From the NCBI GenBank assembly GCA_964016885.1, contig OZ024759.1, positions 18,786,001 through 18,850,000 on the forward strand: a DNA stretch of 64,000 nt, in the 5' to 3' direction. Within the stretch, counting starts at the first letter, position 1. The number at the start of each line of letters is the position of its first letter. The position numbers were made by a program, and so were the translations under genes. This DNA is from Eledone cirrhosa. Its lineage: Eukaryota. Below are positions 11,844 through 26,500 of the stretch, piece after piece. A model generated the notes under the pieces. The model did no database searches. It saw only the letters and a program-made list of their open reading frames with translations, and was not told the origin of the DNA.

Positions 11844-11989
11844 GTAATTACATTATTATAGCTAAACAAGGGACGTCTTACTTGTTTTGTAACTGCATTG
11901 TATTGCAATACACTATTTGGCTGTGTATAGTATTTATGAGATATAACCGTGTATCGTGTATATAATTATGTATGTATGCATGGATGGAC

Positions 11990-12079
<90 letters not shown>

Positions 12080-12983
12080 ATATATGCGTGTGTTTGTATC
12101 ACCAACAGGCCCTGATTAATGTGGTGTGATAAATAATGACACCCAGTAGAGATCTCTCCCGTTGAAAGCTGTCGGGTGTTTATTTCTCTCTAATATTTGT
12201 TTTTTTATCTTGCTCATTTGTTTTGTTTGTTTGTTTGTTTGTTTGTTTGTTTGTTTGTGATAATCGAAGTTACTTAGTACTTTATTCAGGAAGTACATCA
12301 ACTGTGTAAAATAAATTAGAAGACAAAAAAGAAATCTATGTTTATGCAATATATCAAATGGAGTGACGTTCGAGATATTTATGGAAAGAATAAAAAAAGA
12401 ATTGAAGTCTCCAGTTTGCTTTCAAATTTACATATATAACTTAAATAATTCGTATTCAATCGAAAGGTTTCCGAATATCCGCCTTTCTATAATCCCAACA
12501 CACAGAAAATATGTCATACTTCATTTATTACAGAGCGTTAAGGGGAGACGATGATAACCCTTCGAAATTTATCGAGTATTTTTTATGTGTAGAGTTTCCG
12601 TTGCGTTTTCATATACATGAACTTAACTTTTGATAGAATGCAATATTCTTACAAGACAGGATGAAATATGCTTAACATTGCGAAAAAAAAAATTAAGATA
12701 ACAATTTCATATCGAATTCTTCCACAAATTTCTCAAAGTGAAGGGTCTTACAATATATATATATATAGATGCGTGTGTGTATATAAATCATGTATATATA
12801 TATATAAATGTGTGTGTGTGTGTATTTTATACATATACATATATATATATATATATATAAATATATATATAGATGTATAATTTATATATATTCATATATA
12901 TATATATATATATATATAAATATATATGTATATTTTATATATATACATATATATATATATATATAATTTATATATATTCATAT

Positions 12984-13103
<120 letters not shown>

Positions 13104-13183
13104 CTATATATACATATATAGATATATATATAGATATATATAGATATATTTATATATATACATATATATATATGTATATATAA

Positions 13184-13252
<69 letters not shown>

Positions 13253-13890
13253 CATATATACATACATACATACATATAGATATATGTCGTTAGGAAAGTG
13301 TCAAATGCCTGAATTATCGTATGCTTCACAGCTTGTGCGTGCTTCATAATATTATGTAATGTTGAGTGTAGTTAAGCTTGTGACGTTACATTGTTACATA
13401 TATTACAATCTCTAGCAGAGATGACGCCATCCAAGCCGTTCTCTGTTAGTGTCAGTGTATGTATATGTGAATGTGTTGGTTGTGTGGGTGTGTGCGTGGG
13501 TTTTGTAATGTATTTATCAATGTATAAGGAAGGTGCGTGTCTTAACGGCTACGGTGTTGTGCTCAGAATCGCATGGTCGTGATTTCAAATCAGGGACTGG
13601 GCACTATATGTCAAGTTGTTTCATTGCCCTCGGCTGGCGAAAATGGGCAGTACTCGTAATTCAAAGGACCAACTTTGTCACTCATCGTGTCCTTCTGAAT
13701 CTCCATGTGAACAACGTTAAGGGTGCATGTCTAAGTAGGTTACTCAGTCCCTTAGATGTTAATTTCATGAGCAGGCAGTTCTAATGATTATGTAAGTGAA
13801 GGTCCTACAATGAAGGTCCTACAATAATAATCAGTGTATACAAATGCAGGTATGAAATTGGATATTTACGTCCGGGACTTACGGTGGTCC

Positions 13891-13983
<93 letters not shown>

Positions 13984-14387
13984 GTATATATATATAAATG
14001 AAAATAGAGAAATTAATTTTTCTACTTTTTGGCACAAGGCCAGCAATTAACCAGTGCATTACTGGTACTTTATTTTATCGACCCCCGTAAGGATGAAAGG
14101 CAAAGTCAACCTCGGCGGGATTTGAACTCAGATCGTTAAGGGACGTAACTATGCTGGAAAGCATGGCGTCTGACCCTCTACCGATACTGCCAATGAGAAA
14201 TTAATGTGAGCAAGAGGCCCACAGTATTTCATAATATATAAGTGACTATAACGTCAAAATGGAAAATATTTAACGTAAGATGTGGGAAAATAATTCAAAC
14301 TCAATTTTTAAAAAATCAAGACAGAAATTTTATCCACAGATTTTGTGAAATCCAGGGAAAAAAACCAATAGAGTCTTAACTCAGAAT

Positions 14388-14456
<69 letters not shown>

Positions 14457-14732
14457 ATATGTATGTATGTATTTTAATGTGTTACTGAGCGACGGTAGGT
14501 GAATATATATATATATATATATATCGTCGAACATTACAATATATACACTCGACTTTCTTAAGGATCGAATACTAAGCTGAACGTTGGTCTTCTGCCAATC
14601 TCTCTCTCCCCCCCTCTCTCTCTCTCTATATATATATATATGTATATATATATATTTTTTTTTATATATATATAAAGAGGGTGTGGTAAGATACCAGGTG
14701 GACCATAACGCACCAGAGTACTGACACTTTTC

Positions 14733-15640
<908 letters not shown>

Positions 15641-15974
15641 GGCCTAGGTAGTGCTATACCTCTTTGAATAGCTGATGGTTTGGGCCGGTATATTATATTT
15701 GGGAAAAGTAAACGAGGTAAGAAAAGATTTACTCATTTACTATGATGTCCCAACTGCAGTTTCGTTGAGCAATGGCAGTTGTTTGTACTATGCGAAGTCT
15801 CAGCTCATCAGGGAACTTCTCAATCAAGAAACATTCTTACGAGTTATCTGCTACCAGCGATAATTTCGAATGGGAGAATTATCACGTGATTAATAGTCTA
15901 CAAAAAGACAGTGGTAGATGGGCAATGGCTAGTAATTATATATATATATATAAAACAAAGAGTACTCTGGTGCG

Positions 15975-16046
<72 letters not shown>

Positions 16047-16075
16047 TGTATATATATTTATTGATTGATTCTTTT

Positions 16076-16126
16076 AGTTTCAGAAGATCCCGTTAAGGGT
16101 GAAAGCAGCGATTCTTTACTTAAACT
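16076..16126 (+). ncRNA. Hammerhead-like motif, CAGAAGA core, decayed copy
   Basis: Same family as 36949-36999; stem III has two mismatches; AATAAA at 16142; shared flank continues to ~16237. Confidence 0.45.
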
Positions 16127-16233
16127 TTAATCTGTTATTTTAATAAATATTTGCTCTAGCGTTCTTATATATTTTATATATATTTATCCTTATCGAGCCC
16201 TCTTTGGATTTTAGTCTTCAAATTTATTATTAT

Positions 16234-16332
<99 letters not shown>

Positions 16333-16561
16333 GAAACACACAGATACATGCGGACACACACATATACATGAATGCATCCACACCCAACCGTGAGTTAAGG
16401 GTGCCAACCTCACCGATGTTGCTCAATGAATGACTGGCACAGACCAATCCGGTTGAACTAGACTGAACCAGTATCAGAGTTAAAAATACATTATGAAGAG
16501 AGAAGAAACATTTAGATATAATTAGTATATATTATATCTAAATGTTTCTTCTCTCTTCATA

Positions 16562-16612
<51 letters not shown>

Positions 16613-17379
16613 AAGAACTGACAAGACAAACAGAGGCTTATTAGATTCACGCATAGGAAGAAATTATACGTATATATATAAATATATATTTTCTATTTTT
16701 CGCCATCTTAGACTTACCAATACACTGAGAAGGTCATGAACATCACTGCGTTGCGTCTTTTCACATTTCTGTGACTCTATAAACCACTTGGTATATATTA
16801 AGATATACTACTTCGATTCGTCGGTTGCGGTGAATCACCTAATAATACTTATGAAAATCTAGGTAATCAATATCTGATGAACTGATGTAGAGATAAACAT
16901 TTTAAAGTTCGTTATTACGTTTCAATCAACCGTCTGGACGGATGAATATATTCAGTTCCGTTTAGGATTTTAATTGGAGTGATGCGTCGGGAAGATGCGC
17001 CACAATGTCGCCGAAGGAAGAAGCTTTTAAGATTTCGAAAATATCACGCAATTCAAAGTAATATTTGGACGACTGCCTCAAAATCCCACACCATTCACAC
17101 ACACTCACACTCACACACACACACACTCACACTCACCCACACACACACACACACCCACACACACCCACACACCCACCCACACACACACACACTCACACAC
17201 ACACACACACACACACCCACACACCCACACCCACACCCACACACACACTCTCTCACACACTCACACACACACCCACACACACTCACACACACTCACACTC
17301 ACACACACACACACTCACACTCACCCACACACACACACACACCCATACACACACTCACACACACCCACACACACACACA

Positions 17380-17412
<33 letters not shown>

Positions 17413-17453
17413 ATACCCACACCCACACACACCCACACACACTCTCTCACACA

Positions 17454-17527
<74 letters not shown>

Positions 17528-17601
17528 CATATACGTGTGTGTCTACGTTTTTTGTGTGTGCCAATTTATATCGTTGTATATATATATAAGTTTTAGTCTG
17601 T

Positions 17602-17692
<91 letters not shown>

Positions 17693-17771
17693 TTTGTGTG
17701 TGAGTGTCTATATATTAAGTATATTAAGAAAAAGGAGACGTTTTCAACCAACACTGATTATTTAAACATTA

Positions 17772-17808
<37 letters not shown>

Positions 17809-18060
17809 GTATATATATAGAGAGAGATATGTATCTATATATATATAGAGAGAGATATGTATCTCTATATATATAGGTATATATGTAATCTCAGCTTACC
17901 TTATAGCGGTATGTATGCGGTGGTAATTATAATTGTTTATCCCGTCTTAAGCTATTTATACCTCAATGAAGACTATATACATTTATTTCACTTTTTTCTA
18001 CTGCTTTGTATATCGACCCCACTTACTTTCTCCTCCTCCTGCTTCTTCTTCTTCTTCTTC

Positions 18061-18093
<33 letters not shown>

Positions 18094-18114
18094 TCAGTAC
18101 TACTACTACTACTG

Positions 18115-18147
<33 letters not shown>

Positions 18148-18155
18148 TTTTTATG

Positions 18156-18189
<34 letters not shown>

Positions 18190-18325
18190 GTGCTTCATTG
18201 AGAACAGTATAAGCTGGTGGGTACAACAGGAGTTTGATGGATATATTCATAATTCGGTAAGCAGCATTGAATTTCTTTTACGTGAAATATCTTCTCACGC
18301 TGTGATGAATATATAAATGTAATGA

Positions 18326-18377
<52 letters not shown>

Positions 18378-18751
18378 ACCTTACACACATATATATATAT
18401 ATGTGTGTGTGCAATGACCTTATATATATATGGACATTACATATATATATATATATTTATATATATGGACCTTACACACATATATATATATATGTGTGTG
18501 TGCAATGACCTTATATATATATGGACATTACATAAATATATATATATATACATATATATATACATATATATATACATATATATATACATATATATATATA
18601 TATACATGTATACATACATAATTACATTCATACATACATACATACATACATACATACATACATACATACATACATACATACATACATGTATATATATGGA
18701 CATTACATATATATATATATACATACACACATACATACATACATACATACA

Positions 18752-18787
<36 letters not shown>

Positions 18788-19420
18788 TATATAATACATA
18801 TATAATACATATGTGTTTTGTGACTTTAATGTAATCACAGATAATGCAGTTAACCGATTATTTATACCAAAATCACTGGTGCCTATAATTTCCATATGAA
18901 AATCGAATTATTCGCTTATTAGAATCAAAGATATATGTATTGTTATATTCTCTACTAAATGTTATGTATCGGTTATTGCCATCAATTGTTTATTTTTATC
19001 AGAATGACCTCATCACATAAATCTTCGTCCACTATAGATGCAAGCACTGTTCATATCCTGAAATGCTATCACACCTAACTCATCATAAGCATGAGAAGTA
19101 CACAAGTTGAACTCGCAGGATCAAATGATAAGCCATACTCTCTTCACTGAGAGATTGGTATAATGGTATCTGCGACAAAATTTATTTGGAAACCGGCGCT
19201 CAAATCTACAGTATGTATGTTCTGATTTTGTAATTTTATAAATTTTTACTAATAGAGAGGGAGACGGTTTTTAACATAGACACGAGACTTAGACAACGTT
19301 CAAATTTACAGTGTGTGTGTATGTATGTATGTATGTATGTATGTATGTATGTATGTATGTATGTATGTATGTATGTATGCGTGTATGTGTGTATGTATGT
19401 ATGTGTGTATGTGTGTATGT

Positions 19421-20011
19421 GGGGTTGCCAGTTTAGTCGCCAACGACCCGACCATGAGACAGGTTGTACTGGGATACATGTTACCAGTAGCACCAAGGTT
19501 TCTTGGTGAGGAGGGTGACTTTGGACATCCTGCAGGACTAAAAACAAAACCTGTCAAAGGGCAAAGGAGCTCTTAAGAGTCAATGGCCATCCAAAATCAC
19601 CGGGAGAGATGACCCCTTAGCCTTTGTCAAGGCAGAATTCTAAGAGAAAGAAAACTCTGATATAACATCTGCAACTCTGATGGTATCCAATGATGTTGAC
19701 TTGTTCTTCTTTTTGGTAAATATCATCTTGGTTAAGAGAGTGGGACTGGCTTTGTGCAGTGCCTTTGCTCACTATAAAAGCTTCACGGCACAGGCATTTT
19801 TTTTATATCTGGAGATCTCTCTGCACTTGCCGTCACATGGTATCATGGGCCCAGCACTATGTGTCAATATTTGTCACAAGTGTAGTGTTTGTACCAGAGT
19901 TTTCAAGTCGCTGGCTGGACTAAAAAGTCACACTCGTTCAGCGCATTGGTAGGGGTTCTCCTACATGGATATAAAGTAGTGGCCGTACTCGAAAACGAGT
20001 TGGCAGCCACC
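19421..20011 (+). mobile_element. Non-autonomous RTE-derived element, copy 2, with inverted 5' end
   Basis: Body matches copies 1 and 3; 19421-19496 is the reverse complement of their 5' head; reading CSVCTRVFKSLAGLKSHTRSAH (RTE-type C2H2). Confidence 0.82.
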
Positions 20012-21764
20012 ATGTGTGTATGTATGTATCTGTGTAAACATTTTAGATCATTGGCTGGACGAAAAAGCCACATTCGATCGCAGCGCTGTTAGTTGCTATT
20101 GTGTGTGCGTGTGTATAGATATGTTTATGTGTGTGCGTATATATATATATATATATATTATTATTGTTAATCCCGCTGAGGTTGACTTTGCCTTTCATCC
20201 TTGCGGGGTCGATAAAATAAAGTACCAGTAATGTACTGGGTAATTGCTGGCCTTGTGCCAAAGGTAGAAACAATTATTGTTGTTGGTGTCGTTATTATTG
20301 TTGTTGTTATTATTATTATTATTATATTATTGTTATTAATATATATGTATATATATATATATATATATTTTATTTAATTTTTATTTCTTTTATCGTGCAA
20401 TGGGCATACTCGATAACGAGGGGGCAGCCATCATGTATGTATGTATGTATATATGTATGTATGTAAGTATGTATGTATACATGCATGCATGCATATATGT
20501 ATGCATGTATGGACACAACTGCTTATGAAGTCGTCGTTGATCCCATCTAATCTCTAGGTCAGAAAACAGTCGATTTTTTCCAGAGAGAGAAGGAGAGACA
20601 GAGCGAGAGAGCGAAAGGGAGAGAGAGATTGAGAGAGATACTGAGAGAGAGAAAGACTGAGAGAAATAGAGAGAAAGAGGGGGGAAAGATACAGAGAAAG
20701 AATTGACCTGAGTACTAGACTGCGGAAGGTGTAACTCAACTCGATTAAATCGACCCCCACTGCGCTACTGGTTCTGCATTTCATGGACCCCGTAAGGATA
20801 AAAGGCAAAGCCAACTTCGGTGGGATTTGAACTCAGAACGTAAAGGGACGTAACTATATGCCGCAAAGCTTGATTTCAGACGCTCTACCGATACTACCAA
20901 TCCACTGCTTTACTCACAAACTCGTATAATGACATATACTTGTTTCTACGTTAGGCACAAGGCCAGCAATTACCAAGTGTATTACTGGTACTTTATTTTA
21001 TCGACCCCGTAAGGATGAAAGGCAAAGTTAACCTCGGCGGGATTTGAACTCAGAATGGCAAGGGCCGTAACTCTATGCGCCTATAATGACATATAATTGT
21101 TTCTACTTTAGGCACAAGGCCAGCAATTACCCAGTGCATTACTGGTACTTTATTTTATCGACCTGTAAGGATGAAAGGCAAAGTTAACCTCGGCGGGATT
21201 GACTTTGCGTTTCATCCATACGGGGGTCGATAAAATAAAGTACCAGTAATGCACTGGGTAATTGCTGGCCTTGTGCCTAAAGTAGAAACAATTATATGTC
21301 ATTATAGGCGCATAGAGTTACGGCCCTTGCCATTCTGAGTTCAAATCCCGCCGAGATTATGACATATAATGACACCAATCGACAAACGAAAATTCGAGAA
21401 ATCTTAAATAAAATCTAGTTATAAACATCCTCTACCAGACAGTATAGTTGGCTTTGGTGTGAATTAAACATAGAGAGCAGGGAGTCGCAACATATAATTG
21501 TTTCTACATTTGGCACAAGGCCAGCAATTACCCCAGTGCATTACTGGTGCTTTATTTTATCGACCCCGTAAGGATGAAAGGCAAAGTTAACCAGAGCGGG
21601 ATTTGAACTGAGGCCATAAAGGGCTGAGAACTCTTTGCTGCAAAGTATGGCGTCAGACCCTCTACCGATACTGCCAATCCACCGCCCTAATACAATGATG
21701 TAACGGTTCAGCTAGTTCCTTGTATGTGTGTGTATATGTTTCTGTATGTGTGTGTATGTGTGTG

Positions 21765-22290
21765 TGTGTGTCTATAAATACACACATATATATGTGCGTG
21801 TATGTGTGTATATATGTATATATATGTATGGGTGCATATACATGTCTATAAATACACACACATATATATGTGTGTATCTGTTTATGAATATATGTATATA
21901 TATATATGTATGGGTGTATATACATGTCTATAAATACACACACATATATATGTGTGTGTGTATCTGTTTATGTATATATGTATATATATATATGTATGGG
22001 TGTATATACATGTCTATAAATACACACACATATATATGTGTGTGTGTATCTGTTTATGTATATATGTATATATATATATGTATGGGTGTATATACATGTC
22101 TATAAATACACACACATATATATGTGTGTGTGTATCTGTTTATGTATATATGTATATATATATATATGTATGGGTGTATGTACATGTCTATAAATACACA
22201 CACATATATATGTGTGTATCTGTTTATGAATATATGTATATATATATATGTATGTGTGTATAGACATGTCTATAAATACACAAACACATA
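21765..22290. repeat. Microsatellite-derived minisatellite, ~75-90 bp units
   Basis: Recurring ATGTCTATAAATACACAC...TATCTGTTTATG...GTATGGGTG. Confidence 0.85.
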
Positions 22291-22527
22291 TAATACCTTG
22301 ATCACCTTGACCGACCAGTCTGTCGAGCGCCAATCGGCGCCGCTGGTCATAGCACGTCGTGCTGTTTTAGCCATAAGATAACGCCATCCCACTGGCTGAA
22401 TAAACTGGAGCAACGTGAAATAAAGTGTCTTGCTCAGGGAAACAACACATCACCCGGTCCGAGAATTGAACTCACAACCTTTCGATTGCAAGCCCAATGC
22501 TCTAACCACTAAGCCATGCGCCTTCAC

Positions 22528-22772
<245 letters not shown>

Positions 22773-22822
22773 GTATATATATATGAAATATAAGAATCAA
22801 AGAACTGCTCAAAACATTATTG

Positions 22823-22869
22823 TGCTTACAGCTGTTTCCTCCAAACCGAGGTTTGGATTCTTCGGAGCA
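22823..22869 (-). ncRNA. Minimal type-I hammerhead with U4C core (CCGAAGA)
   Basis: UGCU-CCGAAGA-A-UCCAAAC(CUCG)GUUUGGA-G-GAAA-CAGCUG-UA-AGCA; palindromic stem III; in a ~210-bp island between (TA)n tracts. Confidence 0.7.
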
Positions 22870-22990
22870 ATTTATTAATGCATGGACAGTTATATGACCT
22901 CCTTTTCAGCCGAGAGACATACCAATACATATTCAAACATTGTGGGTCAACAGGGTTTTGTATTTGCATAACCATAAATAGTATAACTAA

Positions 22991-23058
<68 letters not shown>

Positions 23059-23269
23059 GACCCGCCTTGCCTAAGTACAAAGCGAAACCTACAGTCAGTA
23101 GGCACTTCTAGCCAAATACACCACGGCCCCACTACCCCCAACCCATCCACACCACTCCTCCCAATGTAAAGTTATGTTGGTACCACAGCATCCAGTCCGA
23201 AACAAATGAGGGCGTGTAAGTGTCACGGCAAAATAAACACACAGTCCACGCTGTAATGTGGCCGTGTAA

Positions 23270-23463
23270 GTAACACGGTAAAAACCTCCCAGTCCACACT
23301 GTAAACGTGGTTGGTGTTGGGAAGGGCATCCAGCCGTAGAAAACCCGCCAGACAGTCCTATACGAGCAAGACAACCAATCTTGCCTCAAGTGTGAAAATT
23401 CCCGTCCAAACCCATGCTAGCGTGGAAGATGGACGTTAAAAGATGATGATGATGATGATGATG
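23270..23463 (+). mobile_element. SINE 3' part with (GAT)n tail
   Basis: GGGAAGGGCATCCAGCCGTAGAAAACC ... CCCATGCTAGCGTGGAAGATGGACGTTAAA(GAT)n; similar tail on the minus strand at ~37605-37662. Confidence 0.55.
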
Positions 23464-23613
23464 TATGTGTGTATGTGTGTATGTGTGTGTATACATGTCT
23501 TTAAATACACATACATATATATGTGTGCATGTATTTATGTATATGTGTGTATGTATGTAGACATGTCTATAAATACACACACATATAGGTGTATATGTAT
23601 TTATGTATATATG

Positions 23614-23647
<34 letters not shown>

Positions 23648-23742
23648 AGAGAGTGTGTGTGTGAGTGTGTGTGTGTGCATGCTTATTGACAGAGAGAAAA
23701 AGAGAGACAGACAGACAAGGACAGATTGTCAGGTAGAAAAAT

Positions 23743-24645
23743 ATGTATACATGTATGTATACATGTATGTATGCGTGTATGTATATATGTATTTATGTAT
23801 GTATGTATATATGTATGTATGCTTGTAAATATGTATGTTTATATGTATGTATGTTTGTAAATATGTATGTGTGTTTGTATGTATGTAAATATGTATGTGT
23901 GTTTGTATGTATGTATGTAAATATGTATTTCAATATGTATGCATGTATGTGTGTATGTAAATATGTAGGTATGTATGTAAATATGTATGTGAATATGTAT
24001 GTATGTATGTAAATATATATGTATGTATGTAAATATATATGTATGTATGTATGTAAATATGTATGTATGTATGTAAATATGTATGTATGTATGTAAATAT
24101 ATATGTATGTATGTAAATATGTATGTCTGTATGTAAATATGTATGTCTGTATGTAAATATGTATGTCTGTATGTAAATATGTATGTATGTAAATATATAT
24201 GTCTGTATGTAAATTTGTATGTCTGTATGTAAATATATATGTCTGTATGTAAATATATATGTATGTATGTAAATATGTATGTATGTATGTAAATATGTAT
24301 GTATGTATGTAAATATGTATGTATGTAAATATGTATGTATGTATGTAAATATATATGTATGTCTGTATGTAAATTTGTATGTCTGTATGTAAATATATAT
24401 GTATGTATGTAAATATGTATGTCTGTATGTAAATATATATGTATGTATGTAAATATGTATGTCTGTATGTAAATATGTATGTATGTAAATATGTATGTAT
24501 GTAAATATGTATGTATGTAAATATGTATGTATGTATGTAAATATGTATGTCTGTATGTAAATATATATGTATGTATGTAAATGTGTATGTCTGTATGTAA
24601 ATATGTATGTCTGTATGTAAATACGTATGTATGTATGTACATACG
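23743..24645. repeat. (TATG)n/GTAAATAT compound satellite
   Basis: Read directly. Confidence 0.9.
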
Positions 24646-25680
24646 TGTGCGTGCTAAATCTTCCTTTTAATTTCAACATGATATCTCCTCTATTTCCAGT
24701 TCCCCTTCCAGTCATGTATTTTGCTCTCTAATATGATGTCACGTCAGAAGTCGATGAAAGCAGCACAGCACTGACAATGCATAATAAACCATACACATTG
24801 CTATAGTCGCCATTTTCATCATCATCACCATCATCATCATTATAATGCTCATTGTTACCATCATAGCCATTATAATCCTCAGCATGCCATTGTATTTTTT
24901 AATATTACCAATTTTGTTATTATTACTATTATTATTATTATTATTATTATTATTACTACTATTATTATTATTGTTGTTGTTGTTGTTGTTGTTGCTGTTG
25001 TTGATGTTGCTGCTGTTGTTGTTGTTCTCGATAGAGATGTTGATGGAAGTGTTAGTGTTATTGTTGTTTTGTTCTCCTTTGTCTGCTGTGAACGGTCACG
25101 TTTCACGAAGTTCCGCGATAGAAGATATTTTCTTCCAGTTATTTTCTTATGAATAAAAACTTGTTTGTAGTTCATCAAAGAGCATCGGAATGTTTGAAAG
25201 TCTATCCCATTATCTGTTATATACGAAAGGTTTGTCTTTAGACATGTCCAACTATTTACACATTTTTGACAAATAAACCTTTGCAATATTTACACACGTT
25301 GCAAGATGGCCGCCGCACTCGCTTCAGAAGTGAGTGTAAAAGGTACTCAACAGAATGAATGGTTTTAGCTATAACGATTAACAAACACGGCGAAGACGAG
25401 TGGCTTAGTGTTTAGAGAGTGTTCAGATTACGATCGTATTAAAGTCGTGTGTTCGATTCCAGGTGACGTGCTGTTTACTTGAAATTTATTTCAGGTTACT
25501 CCCCTCCACTCAGCTAGTAAAAATGAGTTGTACCTATAATTCAAAGGGCCAGCCTTGTCACACACTGTGTGACATATGCATAAATAATACGGGTATTAAT
25601 ATTCATATTATGCATATCTCTATATATATATATGTCTAAAATATATCTATATGAGTTAAAGTATATATATATATCTAAAT

Positions 25681-25817
25681 ATAACGAAGGAAATGTGGTA
25701 AGGAACCAGGTGGACCATAACGCACCAAAGTACTCAATACTTAGGGTAGTAGGGTGGGTAATAGGAACGAGTAGGACCCCGACGGCTGAGCTCAAGCCGT
25801 TTCGGCGGCTAATTCTG

Positions 25818-25853
<36 letters not shown>

Positions 25854-25985
25854 GGACGAGTAGGATCCCGACGGCTGAGCTCAAGCCGTTTCTAGGGATA
25901 TTTCTGGACGAGTCCAGAAATAGCCGTTGAATTAGCCGTCGAAACGGCTTGAGCTCAGCCGTCGGGGTCCTACTCATTCCTATAT
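25681..25985. mobile_element. Fragments of a (TA)n-associated Penelope-like pLTR family (minus-strand piece 25681-25820, fold-back piece ~25850-25985)
   Basis: Match 49530-49670; contain GAAACGGCTTGAGCTCAGCCGTCGGGGTC (hammerhead 3' half); related scraps at 14678-14733, 15958-15978, 51617-51673. Confidence 0.65.
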
Positions 25986-25986
25986 A

Positions 25987-26049
<63 letters not shown>

Positions 26050-26052
<3 letters not shown>

Positions 26053-26500
26053 ACCAGTTCTTTATGATCCGGTTAGTATGTACAGGAAAGTCCCAAAGAA
26101 TCGTTACTGTTTCTCCTTCAGTTACAGCCTCAAAGTGATGATTGTATCATTTTTCAGTAGTTTTGATTTCATAATGGCGACATATTAACCAATATAGAAG
26201 TTGGTCAACTCTGACATGTCTAGATTTGTACTCTACTGGTGCTAAAACTTTACATCTAGAAACTAGGTGGTCCACTGTTTCAACCTCAACATTGCAGAAT
26301 CGCAATTTGGATTTACTCCATTTCTCATCACATTGGCCTGGTAATTCCGAGTCAGTAAGCTTTGATCTTGGGCAGCTAAGATGAAGCTTACGCTCTCTGC
26401 TTTTAGCCCTAAGCCACGTGGCCACTGATTGGTGTGCTTTTTGTCAACATCAGCTTGTTTGCTACGGGCCACATATTTGCCATGCAGAGGCTTGGGAATA
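26050..26500 (-). pseudogene. Decayed R4/Dong-clade fragment (CCHC/RHD region)
   Basis: LKAESVSFILAAQDQSLLTRNY, RFCNVEVETVDHLVSRC...YKSRH and VTILWDFP in shifting frames. Confidence 0.8.

Noticed and set aside
16710-17000. CTGAGAA / CTGATGA motifs with nearby hairpins
   Set aside because: No consistent stem I, GAAA and NUH arrangement could be built on either strand
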